From Candidatus Nanohaloarchaea archaeon (lineage in GTDB: Archaea > Nanohalarchaeota > Nanosalinia > Nanosalinales > Nanosalinaceae), in NCBI GenBank assembly GCA_046497485.1, contig JAWOFP010000023.1, positions 1 through 37,929 on the forward strand: a stretch of 37,929 nt of DNA. The letters are read 5' to 3'. The notes under the pieces were generated by a model that did no database searches, was not told the origin of the DNA, and saw only the letters and a program-made list of their open reading frames with translations. Each line of letters begins with the position of its first letter. Position 1 is the stretch's first letter. This document shows, one piece after another, positions 1-8,877 of this stretch. The translations under genes were made by a program, and so were the position numbers.

Positions 1-3
1 GAA

Positions 4-77
4 GGGTTCGTGGTCTAGTTGGTTATGACACCGCCTTGACATGGCGGAGATCCCCAGTTCGAATCTGGGCGAACCCA
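4..77 (+). tRNA. tRNA-Val(GAC)
   Basis: Acceptor stem GGGTTCG/CGAACCC; anticodon arm CCGCC-TTGACAT-GGCGG with GAC at 38-40; T-loop TTCGAAT; CCA not encoded. Confidence 0.97.
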
Positions 78-82
78 TCAAA

Positions 83-583
83 TTAGTTGAACGTTTCAAA
101 ATTACCTCTTACATAATCGTAAATGTCTTGAGGCTCGAGATTATCCGATTCTAGAAAGCTAGGGGCTTCCACTACTCTGAAAATCTCTTCGAGATCTTTT
201 TCAAGCATATCATCTTTTTCTAAATGGAAAAGTACATTTGACAGGCCTATTATTTTCATTAAATCTCTCATGTCATCGGGTTTTACTAGGAGAAATTCCT
301 CACCAAGCTTTCTGTATAAGCTACCTTCTATCCATATTGCTTCATAGTGCGGGCCGTAGTCTAGCTGAGTGATAAATTCTTCTTCGTCATCAAATGTCTT
401 GATATCTCCCTGGTCAATTTCTAAATCTTCCAACTTTTTCGTCGGCAAATCATTATCTGTGATCTCTCCTGCATCGTAGATATCAGCTATTATCTCCTTT
501 ATTCCAGTAGCACCATATTTATGCGACCAATAACTTAATGATCCATCTTCATTAGTTTTTACTATTATTCCGCGCTCAGCCAT
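83..583 (-). CDS. Hypothetical acidic protein (166 aa), paralogue of the gene at 672-1163
   Basis: Clean ORF; shares the M-x-x-RG-x-I start, EA(I/V)WI(E/D)G and DIxxYxxxNF motifs with the neighbour. Confidence 0.8.
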   Translation of the reverse strand: MAERGIIVKTNEDGSLSYWSHKYGATGIKEIIADIYDAGEITDNDLPTKKLEDLEIDQGDIKTFDDEEEFITQLDYGPHYEAIWIEGSLYRKLGEEFLLVKPDDMRDLMKIIGLSNVLFHLEKDDMLEKDLEEIFRVVEAPSFLESDNLEPQDIYDYVRGNFETFN

Positions 584-671
584 ATGACCTTTATTGAAAC
601 GAAGAATAATAAAATTTCATTATCGTAAGAGCGAGAAATTTGAATAAGACGTCAAAGTTGGCTATGAACAA

Positions 672-1163
672 TCAAGTCTCTCTAAAGTCTTTATATTGAA
701 AGTTCTGTTTTAGATAGGTTAGTATGTCATCTTTAGTGGCAGGAAACTCTATCTGCTGGAAGGTCTATGGATAACGCCTTCTAAAGTCAATTATATTGTT
801 GAAACTGTCTAAGAAATCCTCAAATTCTTGATCTTTAATATCTACTTGGCTTCGTCCTATACGATTATAATCTTCAGAGGTTTCACATTCTATGAGTAAT
901 CCTCTAGTATAAGGATAGTAACAAGTTCCGTCAATCCAAACTGCTTCATGAAACACATAATTAATATGGTTTAAAACAAAATCTTTCAAGTTATCTGCAA
1001 TATCAGTGTTGCTAGAATCTTCTATCATCCTTTTAGGAATTTTATCTCCATCAGTTTCTATGCATGTCTCAGCATCAAAGGCAGAAATTGCAGCATGATT
1101 ATTTTTTTCATATTCGACGCTGTTATCTTCCCTTATTTCTGCTATTAGTCCTCGATCACCCAT
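672..1163 (-). pseudogene. Paralogue of 83-583 interrupted by an in-frame TAG at 765-767 (132 aa to the TAG; 163 codons if read through)
   Basis: The frame continues past the TAG as TFQQIEFPATKDDILTYLKQNFQYKDFRET to a TGA at 672-674; DILTYLKQNF matches DIYDYVRGNF of the intact paralogue. Confidence 0.7.
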
Positions 1164-1217
1164 ATAAAATTAGTAAAAAGAGAGATTCATAAAAGTTTTA
1201 TTTAAATCCTAGATAGA

Positions 1218-1383
1218 GGGAAAGTAGCTCAGGGGTTAGAGCGCTGCGCTCATAACAACTGTTTATGAGCGATGAGGAATCAGGCCTTATTCTGGAGAGG
1301 CCTTTTTTCCGATGATTAAAGACTCAGTTCCAGAAGAATTGTGAGATACGCAGAGGTCCCGGGTTCGATTCCCGGCTTTCCCA
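1218..1383 (+). tRNA. Elongator tRNA-Met(CAT) with a 93-nt intron at position 37/38 (intron 1255-1347)
   Basis: GGGAAAG/CTTTCCC acceptor stem; CTGCG/CGCAG anticodon stem; CAT at 1251-1253; bulge-helix-bulge with CTCA(1249-1252)/TGAG(1342-1345) and bulges TAA and ATA; T-arm CCGGG-TTCGATT-CCCGG. G1-C72 argues against initiator; Ile2 is not strictly excluded. Confidence 0.92.
1255..1347 (+). ncRNA. tRNA intron encoding a putative box C/D 2'-O-methylation guide RNA
   Basis: Guide TTATGAGCG (1263-1271) is complementary to the anticodon arm (1247-1255); D-like ATGA 1272-1275, closing stem GGAA/TTCC and C-like ATGATTA 1312-1318 form a K-turn; the D+5 position pairs with C34. Confidence 0.7.
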
Positions 1384-1384
1384 T

Positions 1385-1402
1385 CCTTCTCATGTGAGAA
1401 GG
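1385..1402 (+). terminator. Hairpin directly 3' of tRNA-Met (possible termination/processing signal)
   Basis: CCTTCTC-ATGT-GAGAAGG, perfect 7-bp stem; function not shown. Confidence 0.35.
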
Positions 1403-1472
1403 TTGTTCAAGAAATCATTTCTGAATGAATATTTCCTAAATTATATTTCTCGAAAATAAAGAAGTTGGAGGC

Positions 1473-1601
1473 CTATAAGGCCTTTGATTCCGAAATACAG
1501 TTGTGGTGGCAGTAGCCTTCTGAGGCCTCTAAATAGTTATCGTTTGTGAAAACTCGGCTGCCACAGATAACGCAGATTCCCAATTTATTTTTCTGATGCA
1601 T
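1473..1601 (-). CDS. Small zinc-finger protein (42 aa), absent from the ORF track
   Basis: MHQKNKLGICVICGSRVFTNDNYLEASEGYCHHNCISESKAL; CxxC...CHxxC; SD-like GGGAGGGG 8 nt before the ATG; TATA-like TTAAATA near 1648-1654. Confidence 0.8.
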   Translation of the reverse strand: MHQKNKLGICVICGSRVFTNDNYLEASEGYCHHNCISESKAL

Positions 1602-1684
1602 TATTTCAACCCCTCCCAAGGATGTAATCAGTAATTGGAGATCTGACTATTTAACCAAAGTTCCAGTAAGATAAATGTATAAGG

Positions 1685-1701
1685 CTCCGATAGTATCGGA
1701 G
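1685..1701 (-). terminator. Inverted repeat just downstream of the gltX stop
   Basis: CTCCGATA-G-TATCGGAG, 5 nt after the stop codon. Confidence 0.35.
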
Positions 1702-1706
1702 GGTAA

Positions 1707-3371
1707 CTAACCGTGCGTGAAGTAAAACACGCTACTTGAGTCCTTTCTGGCGAACCCGAATCTTTCAAACTGGACTACTTCATCAACTTCGATATCGACT
1801 GGCTCTACTAGGCCTTCAAAGTCCTCGCCATCTGGCATCCTCACAGTAACTTCTTCGGACCCTTGTGGAACCCAGTGAATGAACTCGGCATCATTCTCCA
1901 ATGCATCCTTGTGGTCTCCAGGCCTGTACTCTACTGAACCGTCCTCTACCTCGATGTTGCAAAGGCCTTTCAGCCGCATAAAACCATCTTCCAGATCGCT
2001 TTCCTCAACAAAGATCTCGACTTTACCGTCTCCAACTTCTAAATCGTATTCTCTGTGACCTCTCTCAGGGAAATCAGGATGGACAGGTATCTCAGCCTTC
2101 AAATCCGCTGGAACATCGTTAATCTCGATTTTTACAGGATCTCTAACCAGGAAGGCTCTATCACTTTCCTCGTCAATCAATCTAGTATTCTCTTTTTCCA
2201 GTCCTTCAATACTGGCTTCTACATCGTTTTCAGTTACTCCCATCTCTCTAAAGAAGTTCCTAATAGCTTCAGGCCTGAAACCTCTTCGCTTTAAGGCCCT
2301 AATTGTCGGTGCTCTAGGATCATCCCATCCATCAAGCTCTCCCTCCTCCACCATTTCTCCTAGCGTCGAGGAACTTACAGGCGCGTTAAATCCAGAGATT
2401 CTGACATTCCCCCAGTACCGGATATCAGGATAGTCCCATTCAAAGTACTCGTACACAAACTTCTGTCTCTTTGTGGAGGCTCGAAGATCCTTTCCTCTAA
2501 CAATATGAGTGGTTCCCATCAATTTATCTTCAATAGCTCCCTGGAAATCAAGTAGAGGCCACACACGGTATTTATCTCCTGTAATCGGGTGGTCAGCATC
2601 ATCAATTATTCTGAAAGCCACAAAGTCTCTGACAGCAGGATTCTTATGATCCAAATCAGTTTTAACTTTGAGAACTGCTTCTCCTTCTTCAAGGCCTCCA
2701 TTCTTCATTTTCTCCCAGAGCTCCATGTTTTTCTCAATGCTCTGGTCTCTATACTCAGAAGCTGTCCCTTCTCTTCTATGCTTTTGCATCTCTTCTTGAG
2801 AAGCTTTCGATACATAGGCCTTACCTTTCTCAATCAATTCTTCAGCATACTCAATGTATTTATCGAAGTTTTTCGAGCTGTAACGAACTTCATCCGGTTC
2901 ATAACCGAGCCATTCATAGTCCTCCTCGTACATCTGGTAGGCTTCTTTCATAGGCCTCTTGGTCACTGGATCGGTGTCGTCAAATCTTAGTATCAGTTTT
3001 CCATCGTATTTCTCTTTGAGTTCTCCATTGATTGTCATTCCTCTTGCGTGTCCTAAGTGCGGAGGTCCGTTCGGGTTAGGGGCGAATCTTACAACTACTT
3101 CTTCATCCTCATCTACATCCAAGTCGGGGATCGGATCGTGTTCATGTTCTTCTTCCTCGTATTCGTAGGCCTCCATCTCTTCTTTCTGTTCTTCCAGGCT
3201 CATCTGGTTGATTGCTGCACATACTTTTCCTGCGGCTCGGCCAACCTTTCCTTTGTCCTCGAACTCGCCTTCTGAGAATATCTGTCCCATCACAGCGTTA
3301 GTATTACATTCTCCATCATGTTCTACAGCGTTCTGAAGTGCGTATTTCCGGGCGAGTTCTTCAAGTTCCAT
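1707..3371 (-). CDS. gltX: Glutamate--tRNA ligase (archaeal, probably non-discriminating)
   Basis: RFAPNPNGPPHLGH (HIGH motif), LRFDDTDP, THIVRGKD, GWDDPR, QFERFGF; archaeal N-terminus (ALQNAVEHDG); gatDE in the same window. Confidence 0.97.
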   Translation of the reverse strand: MELEELARKYALQNAVEHDGECNTNAVMGQIFSEGEFEDKGKVGRAAGKVCAAINQMSLEEQKEEMEAYEYEEEEHEHDPIPDLDVDEDEEVVVRFAPNPNGPPHLGHARGMTINGELKEKYDGKLILRFDDTDPVTKRPMKEAYQMYEEDYEWLGYEPDEVRYSSKNFDKYIEYAEELIEKGKAYVSKASQEEMQKHRREGTASEYRDQSIEKNMELWEKMKNGGLEEGEAVLKVKTDLDHKNPAVRDFVAFRIIDDADHPITGDKYRVWPLLDFQGAIEDKLMGTTHIVRGKDLRASTKRQKFVYEYFEWDYPDIRYWGNVRISGFNAPVSSSTLGEMVEEGELDGWDDPRAPTIRALKRRGFRPEAIRNFFREMGVTENDVEASIEGLEKENTRLIDEESDRAFLVRDPVKIEINDVPADLKAEIPVHPDFPERGHREYDLEVGDGKVEIFVEESDLEDGFMRLKGLCNIEVEDGSVEYRPGDHKDALENDAEFIHWVPQGSEEVTVRMPDGEDFEGLVEPVDIEVDEVVQFERFGFARKDSSSVFYFTHG

Positions 3372-3410
3372 AACAATAATAGGCCTGAAAAGTTCTAAAT
3401 ATCCAACGAT

Positions 3411-4136
3411 TTAACGGGAGCTAAAACGAGTTCTCAAATAGAAAGGCCTGAACTCCAGCAAGTTCATTGTCCGTTGTTCAAAACTCTTCATATAACTGCT
3501 TTCGATAAACCTGCAGCTCAGGTAAGCAAGGCCTAAACCAAAGGCTGCATCTGTCAACCAATGGATTCCGAGATAGAAAGTAGAGATCATTATGAGGAAG
3601 GTTGCGACCCATCCAACTATTGAGATAAGTTTGCCTTCATTATGTAGATGGATAGCTGCTACAGCTGCTAGTCCTGTATGTAGGCTCGGGAATGCTGCAT
3701 GGAAGTCTCCTAGAGAAGTGAAGAAATCTACTGTTAGAGGATTGAAGTTATACAGTATTGGCTCTAGTCCTGGGATATAGTGTCCTGAAACCTTCACAGG
3801 TACGAAATAGAAGAATCCTGCAGAGATTATTATCAGGAATGCATATGATTTTGCATAGTTTATGTGGAGATCTTTCTGCTTGAGATAGTAGTATGCTCCG
3901 AGAAGCAGTAAAGGATACAAGAAAAGGTATACTGCTACCATAAAGTTTGTTAAAATTGGATTAACTACTGACTGGAAGATTAGAACTGCCGAGCCTTCAA
4001 GCGCAAAAATTAGCTCTGTAAAAACAATAGTGTTTCTGTTTATCAGACCTAAGTTATTGACTATAGCTGAAAGAATCATTACTCCGCCAAATATAGCTAT
4101 ATCTTCCTTCAAACTTGGAACTCTTTCAAGTATCAT
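3411..4136 (-). CDS. PAP2-superfamily membrane phosphatase/phosphotransferase (Aur1/Ipt1-like)
   Basis: Multiple TM segments; AFPSLH and STFYLGIHWLTD motifs. Confidence 0.85.
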   Translation of the reverse strand: MILERVPSLKEDIAIFGGVMILSAIVNNLGLINRNTIVFTELIFALEGSAVLIFQSVVNPILTNFMVAVYLFLYPLLLLGAYYYLKQKDLHINYAKSYAFLIIISAGFFYFVPVKVSGHYIPGLEPILYNFNPLTVDFFTSLGDFHAAFPSLHTGLAAVAAIHLHNEGKLISIVGWVATFLIMISTFYLGIHWLTDAAFGLGLAYLSCRFIESSYMKSFEQRTMNLLEFRPFYLRTRFSSR

Positions 4137-4158
4137 GGCCTATGCGATAATGTACATG

Positions 4159-4650
4159 TTATCTATTAAATAAGGTCCACTTCTTCTCCACATCAGAGTT
4201 ATTAAGAACCAATGTATTGCCGCTCTCCAGCTTCAAACGAGACTTTCTCAGGCCTACATCAATGATCTCTCCCTCTTGGCCATCGACTTTCACTTGATCG
4301 CCGTTGTTGAAGTCCTGATCCTTTGCTAAATAGATTCCTGCTACAGTATCTGCAAGCACGTCTTTCAGTGCGAAAGAGATTCCCAGTGCGATAAATCCTG
4401 TAGCTGTGCCTAGAGCCGCTGCAATCTCACTGAAACCCAGAATACTCAATATTATTAAAACTGCTGAAAACCACATAAGGCCTTTACTTAAGCTTTCCAG
4501 AAGATTTACGATTGTGTCTTCAGAATACTTTCTCTCAAATATCTTTCTAAGACTCCTGCTTACTATCTTTATCGCTATCGAGGCAAAAATCACGAAAGCC
4601 AGTGCGGTCAAAATCCTGTAACCTGCCAGAGTCGCAAGCTCTCTAATCAC
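4159..4650 (-). CDS. Small-conductance mechanosensitive channel (MscS-family, short form)
   Basis: Three TM helices; GISFALKDVLADTVAGI, FNNGDQVKV and GEIIDVGLRKS patterns; GTG start. Confidence 0.85.
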   Translation of the reverse strand: MIRELATLAGYRILTALAFVIFASIAIKIVSRSLRKIFERKYSEDTIVNLLESLSKGLMWFSAVLIILSILGFSEIAAALGTATGFIALGISFALKDVLADTVAGIYLAKDQDFNNGDQVKVDGQEGEIIDVGLRKSRLKLESGNTLVLNNSDVEKKWTLFNR

Positions 4651-4675
4651 ATCGAACTTTAGAGTTCAAAGTCTT

Positions 4676-5923
4676 TTAGCTTTTATCCTCATAACGGCAA
4701 TTGATTTCTAGAGATTTCTTTTTTCTAATCTCAGAGGCCTCTTCCTCGTTTTCAGGCAACATCCTTTCACCGTAATCGCCACCGCCTCCCGGAATCATTA
4801 TGATTTCATCGTCTCTGAACTTTCGGATCGATTCTGCGAATTCCTCATCAACTCTTTCTAGATTCTCGATTTCTTCATCAATAAGGATCGAGGCCTCGTC
4901 ACCAAACTCTTCATTAAAGGCCTTCCACTTTTTCTGCACCGTCTTAGTCGTCGGAGAAGCATGGTCGACAGTCATCTGAATTATTTTTGCCAGCGGAGGC
5001 AGATGAAGATAATCAACTTCGTAACCTGCTTCCCTATTGGAAAGTTCATTTACTCGATCATTAACTCCTTTCTTGATGGTTCCGGAACATTCCTGACAGC
5101 TCCATTCAAACTCCTTGGCCTCTTCCATAGAATATTTTTGATGACATGAATTACACGCAGAACAGTGATACTTTCCCTCTCTTGGGTCTAGGCCTACATT
5201 TAACTTCATTTCACCTTCTTCTCCAGCGAATAACTTTTTCAGGCCTTCAAAACTTTCCTCTGAAAGCTCTGCTCTATTGAATTCTCTTCCTAATCTGTGA
5301 GGCCAAGGCGAGTGCGCATCACTGTTCGAGAGAAAAGTCAGGTCATCGTGATCTGAGATTCTTGATGCCATCTCTGAGTCTGCGGAGAGGCCTAACTCTA
5401 GAAAGTCTATATTTTCAACTTGGTCCCCATAACATTCTTCAAGAGAGTCCTTCTTTCCGTAGATCGCGGTGTAAGGAGTAAATGCGTGACAAGGACCTAT
5501 TAAAGCATCTTGCTTCTTGGCGATTTCTACTATTTTCTCTCCATCCGCTTTGATCCTAGGTCTTCCCTCTCTACGAATATCATTGCTTAACTGTTTGAAG
5601 TCCTGATACGCGTCTTCTACAGCCTCAAGGTCTGGAAAGATTATCAAGTGATGAATCCTGTCCTCATCCTCCACTTCAGTAGTTGGAATAAATTTGATAT
5701 TGTCTCGTTTAAGATATCCATCTTTTTCTTCTGTCTCTTCTCTGACATGGCGCAGCCATTTAGGATTTAGAATATCGCCGGTTCCAACTATGTCAAGGCC
5801 TTTCTTTTCGGCTTCTTCCGCGATTACTGGTATCTCCATCTTGGGTGATACCCCACCAGAATGCTTTCCATGGATGTGGAGGTCGAAATCTGTCACAGTA
5901 GAAAATTCTCTCATGGCTTTCAA
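4676..5923 (-). CDS. Endonuclease Q family (PHP domain + Zn ribbon, TIGR00375-like)
   Basis: DLHIH, GTGD, HAFTP, ELGLSAD, SNSDAHS, LGREFN, GKYH followed by CxxC...CxxC, PGGGGDYG; SD-like GGAGTGA before the TTG start (alternative ATG at 5914). Confidence 0.9.
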   Translation of the reverse strand: MKAMREFSTVTDFDLHIHGKHSGGVSPKMEIPVIAEEAEKKGLDIVGTGDILNPKWLRHVREETEEKDGYLKRDNIKFIPTTEVEDEDRIHHLIIFPDLEAVEDAYQDFKQLSNDIRREGRPRIKADGEKIVEIAKKQDALIGPCHAFTPYTAIYGKKDSLEECYGDQVENIDFLELGLSADSEMASRISDHDDLTFLSNSDAHSPWPHRLGREFNRAELSEESFEGLKKLFAGEEGEMKLNVGLDPREGKYHCSACNSCHQKYSMEEAKEFEWSCQECSGTIKKGVNDRVNELSNREAGYEVDYLHLPPLAKIIQMTVDHASPTTKTVQKKWKAFNEEFGDEASILIDEEIENLERVDEEFAESIRKFRDDEIIMIPGGGGDYGERMLPENEEEASEIRKKKSLEINCRYEDKS

Positions 5924-5948
5924 ATAGGTTTCACTCCCAAATTATTTC

Positions 5949-7160
5949 GTGGCGGAAAACCATAACTTGAGAACACTGTTTCTGACAGTGGTGGCGGAGG
6001 TAATCAGTTTCGGAGTACTTATACCTATCGTACCGCTACTTTTTACTGAACCAAGTTCCAGATATTTTATACTGCCTGAAGGCCTCTCAATAAACCAAGG
6101 CTACCTAATACTTGGACTGTTAATAAGTCTTTATCCTCTAGGACAGTTCGTTGCTACACCGATTCTTGGAGAGATAAGCGACATATACGGCAGAAAGAAA
6201 GTCATCCAGATCTCGATTCTGGGAACCATTATCTCAAGCCTTATATTCGCTTACGGGATATTAGTTGCAAGCATTCCAATCCTGCTGTTCTCCAGAGTTA
6301 TCAACGGATTAACTGGAGGCCTTATTTCCGTGGCTCAGGCCTCTATAGCAGATCTCAGCGACAAAGCACATAAATCAAAGAACTTCGGAATTATAGGGAT
6401 GGCTTTCGGCATAGGATTCATCTTCGGGCCTTTCCTCGGAGGGTTTCTGTCTTCAGGGTTTTCAAAATACTTTACATCGATTACTCCGTTCATCTTCGCA
6501 GCTGTAATCTCTTCGATCAGTCTGATCTATTCAAATAGAAAGTTAGTCGAGACTTCGCCTATGGAAGACAAGAAAATCAACTGGAGAAAACCGATGACAC
6601 AGCTATCCAAAGGCCTGAAGATTCCAGGCCTCAAGAAACTGTTTGCAGCCAACTTTTTCTACTTCTCAGGGTTCGCGTTCTTCACTACTTTCATCCCAGT
6701 CTACCTAGTTCAGGAGTTTAACTTCACACAGTTCAGCACCGGTAACTTCTTCCTCTACATCGGAGTTTTACTGATAATCGGTCAGGGATTCATTGTTCCA
6801 AGACTGTTTTCCAGAACCACGGAAGAAAAGGTCATGCCGTTTACACTCTTCATGACAGGCCTCTTTGTATTCCTGCAGCCGATTCCGACCACACTTCTTC
6901 CTTTCATGGCCGCAGTAACACTGTTTTCACTGAACAATTCGATCACCCAGATTTCATTGAATACCCTGGTCTCCAACAAGGCCTCTGGAAAGGATCAGGG
7001 TCTGGCACTGGGAACAAATCAAAGTGTTCGGGCTCTGGCGAATGCAATTCCCTCGATGCTTTCAGGGGTAGCGGCTGCCGCATTTGATCCTTCTGCACCT
7101 CTGATTATCGCAGGAATCTTGATCATGATTACTGCTACAGTCTATAAGTTGACCCAGTAA
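5949..7160 (+). CDS. MFS transporter (TetA/DHA1-like efflux)
   Basis: About 12 TM segments; GEISDIYGRKK motif A; GFIFGPFLGG antiporter motif C. Confidence 0.9.
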   Translation: MAENHNLRTLFLTVVAEVISFGVLIPIVPLLFTEPSSRYFILPEGLSINQGYLILGLLISLYPLGQFVATPILGEISDIYGRKKVIQISILGTIISSLIFAYGILVASIPILLFSRVINGLTGGLISVAQASIADLSDKAHKSKNFGIIGMAFGIGFIFGPFLGGFLSSGFSKYFTSITPFIFAAVISSISLIYSNRKLVETSPMEDKKINWRKPMTQLSKGLKIPGLKKLFAANFFYFSGFAFFTTFIPVYLVQEFNFTQFSTGNFFLYIGVLLIIGQGFIVPRLFSRTTEEKVMPFTLFMTGLFVFLQPIPTTLLPFMAAVTLFSLNNSITQISLNTLVSNKASGKDQGLALGTNQSVRALANAIPSMLSGVAAAAFDPSAPLIIAGILIMITATVYKLTQ

Positions 7161-7177
7161 CTCCCGAGAAATTTACT

Positions 7178-8875
7178 CTAGTCTTCGACATAGTCCTTGA
7201 TCTTTTCGGATAGCTTTTCTCCTATACCTTCGACTTTTTCCTCTATATCCTCAGGACTTGCTTCTCTGAGCTCTTCGATTGTAAATTCCTGCATCAAGGC
7301 CTTCCTTTTTTCCCCTCCCAGGCCTTCGATTTCCTCTAGGATAGGATTTATCTTATCTCTCTTGGATTCATGATAGCTTTTAGCAAATCTATGGGCTTCG
7401 TCCCTAATAGCCGAGAGTATCTGAGATGTTTCCTCCGGTATCTCGGGGTTTCTGTGTAGTCCCAAAATTTTATCATCAGGTTTGACAATTCCAAATACCG
7501 GCATCGACCAGCCTACTTCCCTCAGAGCTTTTGCTGCGGCTTTTAGCTGTCCTCGACCTCCATCGATCAAAAGCAGGTCTGGTTCCGGCCTTTCATCTCT
7601 ACCGTGAATCTGTCTCTCTGCACGCCATTTCAGAAGCTGATACATGTTTTCATAGTCATCATTTTCCTCAATCAATTTCTTTTTCCTGTAATCCGATTTT
7701 ACGGGTTCATCGTCTTCAAATACCACATTCGAACCCACAACATATTTTCCGCCGGTATGTGAGACATCAAAACACTCCATCCTCTCTACCTTAAGATCCA
7801 GTATATCTCCTAGATCCTTCATCTTTGTATCCTGTGGTCTTTGAGCCGCAGTCTTCGCTGAATCAAGTAAGACTCTTTCACGACCGTCCTTTGGTTCAGT
7901 ATACTTTACTCCTTCACTTTCAAGCCATACAAGCATCTCCTCGTCCTCTATTTTTTTCTCTGTAATTATTTTCTCCGGAAGAGAGTCCGAAGCATAGAAC
8001 TGAGTGATAAAGGCCTTGAGAGCGTCTTCTACACTTTCTGCGTTTTCATTAAGCCGATAAAAATCTTTTTCTTGGATAGTAGATTCCTCCATAACTATCA
8101 GGCCTACTCGGTCTAGGGCTTTGTTCAAAGCGATTACGTGGGTAAGACCTGACTCGGAGAATCCTGTATCCCCTCCAAGGCTCTCCAAGTTCTCTATATA
8201 GTCTCTGAGTGTCCCGGCGCGTTCAAACCTTTTTTCTCTCGAGGCCTCTTCCATCTCAGATCTAAGTTCTTTTACTAAGTCCTTTGGGCCTTTTTCAAAT
8301 AATTTTCTGGCGTTTTCCAGATTCTCCATGTATTTTTCCGGCTCTATCTTTCCTGCATAAGGTGCTGAGCATAGACCTATTTGGTAATCCATACAGGGAT
8401 CTCCTTTCGATTCCTTGCGTTTACATTTTGGAGAAGTTATACCATAGATATCTCTAACTGCCTTTATCGAGTTCTGTACTCTCTTCATCGAAGTATAAGG
8501 TCCAAACACTGTGGCAGATTCCTCCGGATCTCTTGTGGCTTCGATCGCCGGAAACTTATCAGAAGTAAACTGGATTACCGGATACGATTTAGAGTCCTTG
8601 AGCCTGGTGTTGTATTTTGGCTGGAACTTCTTAATCAGGTTAGCTTCGAGTAGAAGTGCTTCTTTTTCATCTCCTGTCACCCTATAATCTATAGAATCGG
8701 CAATTTCTATCATTTTACCGATCCGGGTGCTTCTGGGGTCCTTATAGGATTTCAGCCTGTTCTTGATATCGACAGCTTTTCCAATGTAGACAGGTACTTC
8801 TCCGTCTCTGAAGATGTATATTCCGGCTTTCTTAGGTTTTCCCTCTATTTCTTCATTCAGTTTTTCTCTATCCAT
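7178..8875 (-). CDS. uvrC: Excinuclease ABC subunit C
   Basis: GIY-YIG N-terminus (GIYIF...YIGKA), EALLLEANLIK, ECFDVSH, LIDGGRGQ, IRDEAHRFA, C-terminal HhH. Confidence 0.96.
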   Translation of the reverse strand: MDREKLNEEIEGKPKKAGIYIFRDGEVPVYIGKAVDIKNRLKSYKDPRSTRIGKMIEIADSIDYRVTGDEKEALLLEANLIKKFQPKYNTRLKDSKSYPVIQFTSDKFPAIEATRDPEESATVFGPYTSMKRVQNSIKAVRDIYGITSPKCKRKESKGDPCMDYQIGLCSAPYAGKIEPEKYMENLENARKLFEKGPKDLVKELRSEMEEASREKRFERAGTLRDYIENLESLGGDTGFSESGLTHVIALNKALDRVGLIVMEESTIQEKDFYRLNENAESVEDALKAFITQFYASDSLPEKIITEKKIEDEEMLVWLESEGVKYTEPKDGRERVLLDSAKTAAQRPQDTKMKDLGDILDLKVERMECFDVSHTGGKYVVGSNVVFEDDEPVKSDYRKKKLIEENDDYENMYQLLKWRAERQIHGRDERPEPDLLLIDGGRGQLKAAAKALREVGWSMPVFGIVKPDDKILGLHRNPEIPEETSQILSAIRDEAHRFAKSYHESKRDKINPILEEIEGLGGEKRKALMQEFTIEELREASPEDIEEKVEGIGEKLSEKIKDYVED

Positions 8876-8877
8876 AT

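Noticed and set aside
765..767. Genome-wide amber recoding or pyrrolysine
   Set aside because: TAG terminates conserved genes at expected positions (gltX, uvrA, uvrC), and no pyl genes are in the window.
78..1217. Integrated element at tRNA-Val
   Set aside because: No integrase and no duplicated tRNA 3' end (att site) found in the window.
1500..1565. GTGGCAG...CTGCCAC long-range stem suggesting an ncRNA
   Set aside because: Both arms are the Cys/His codons of the 42-aa zinc-finger ORF on the minus strand, which explains the region better.
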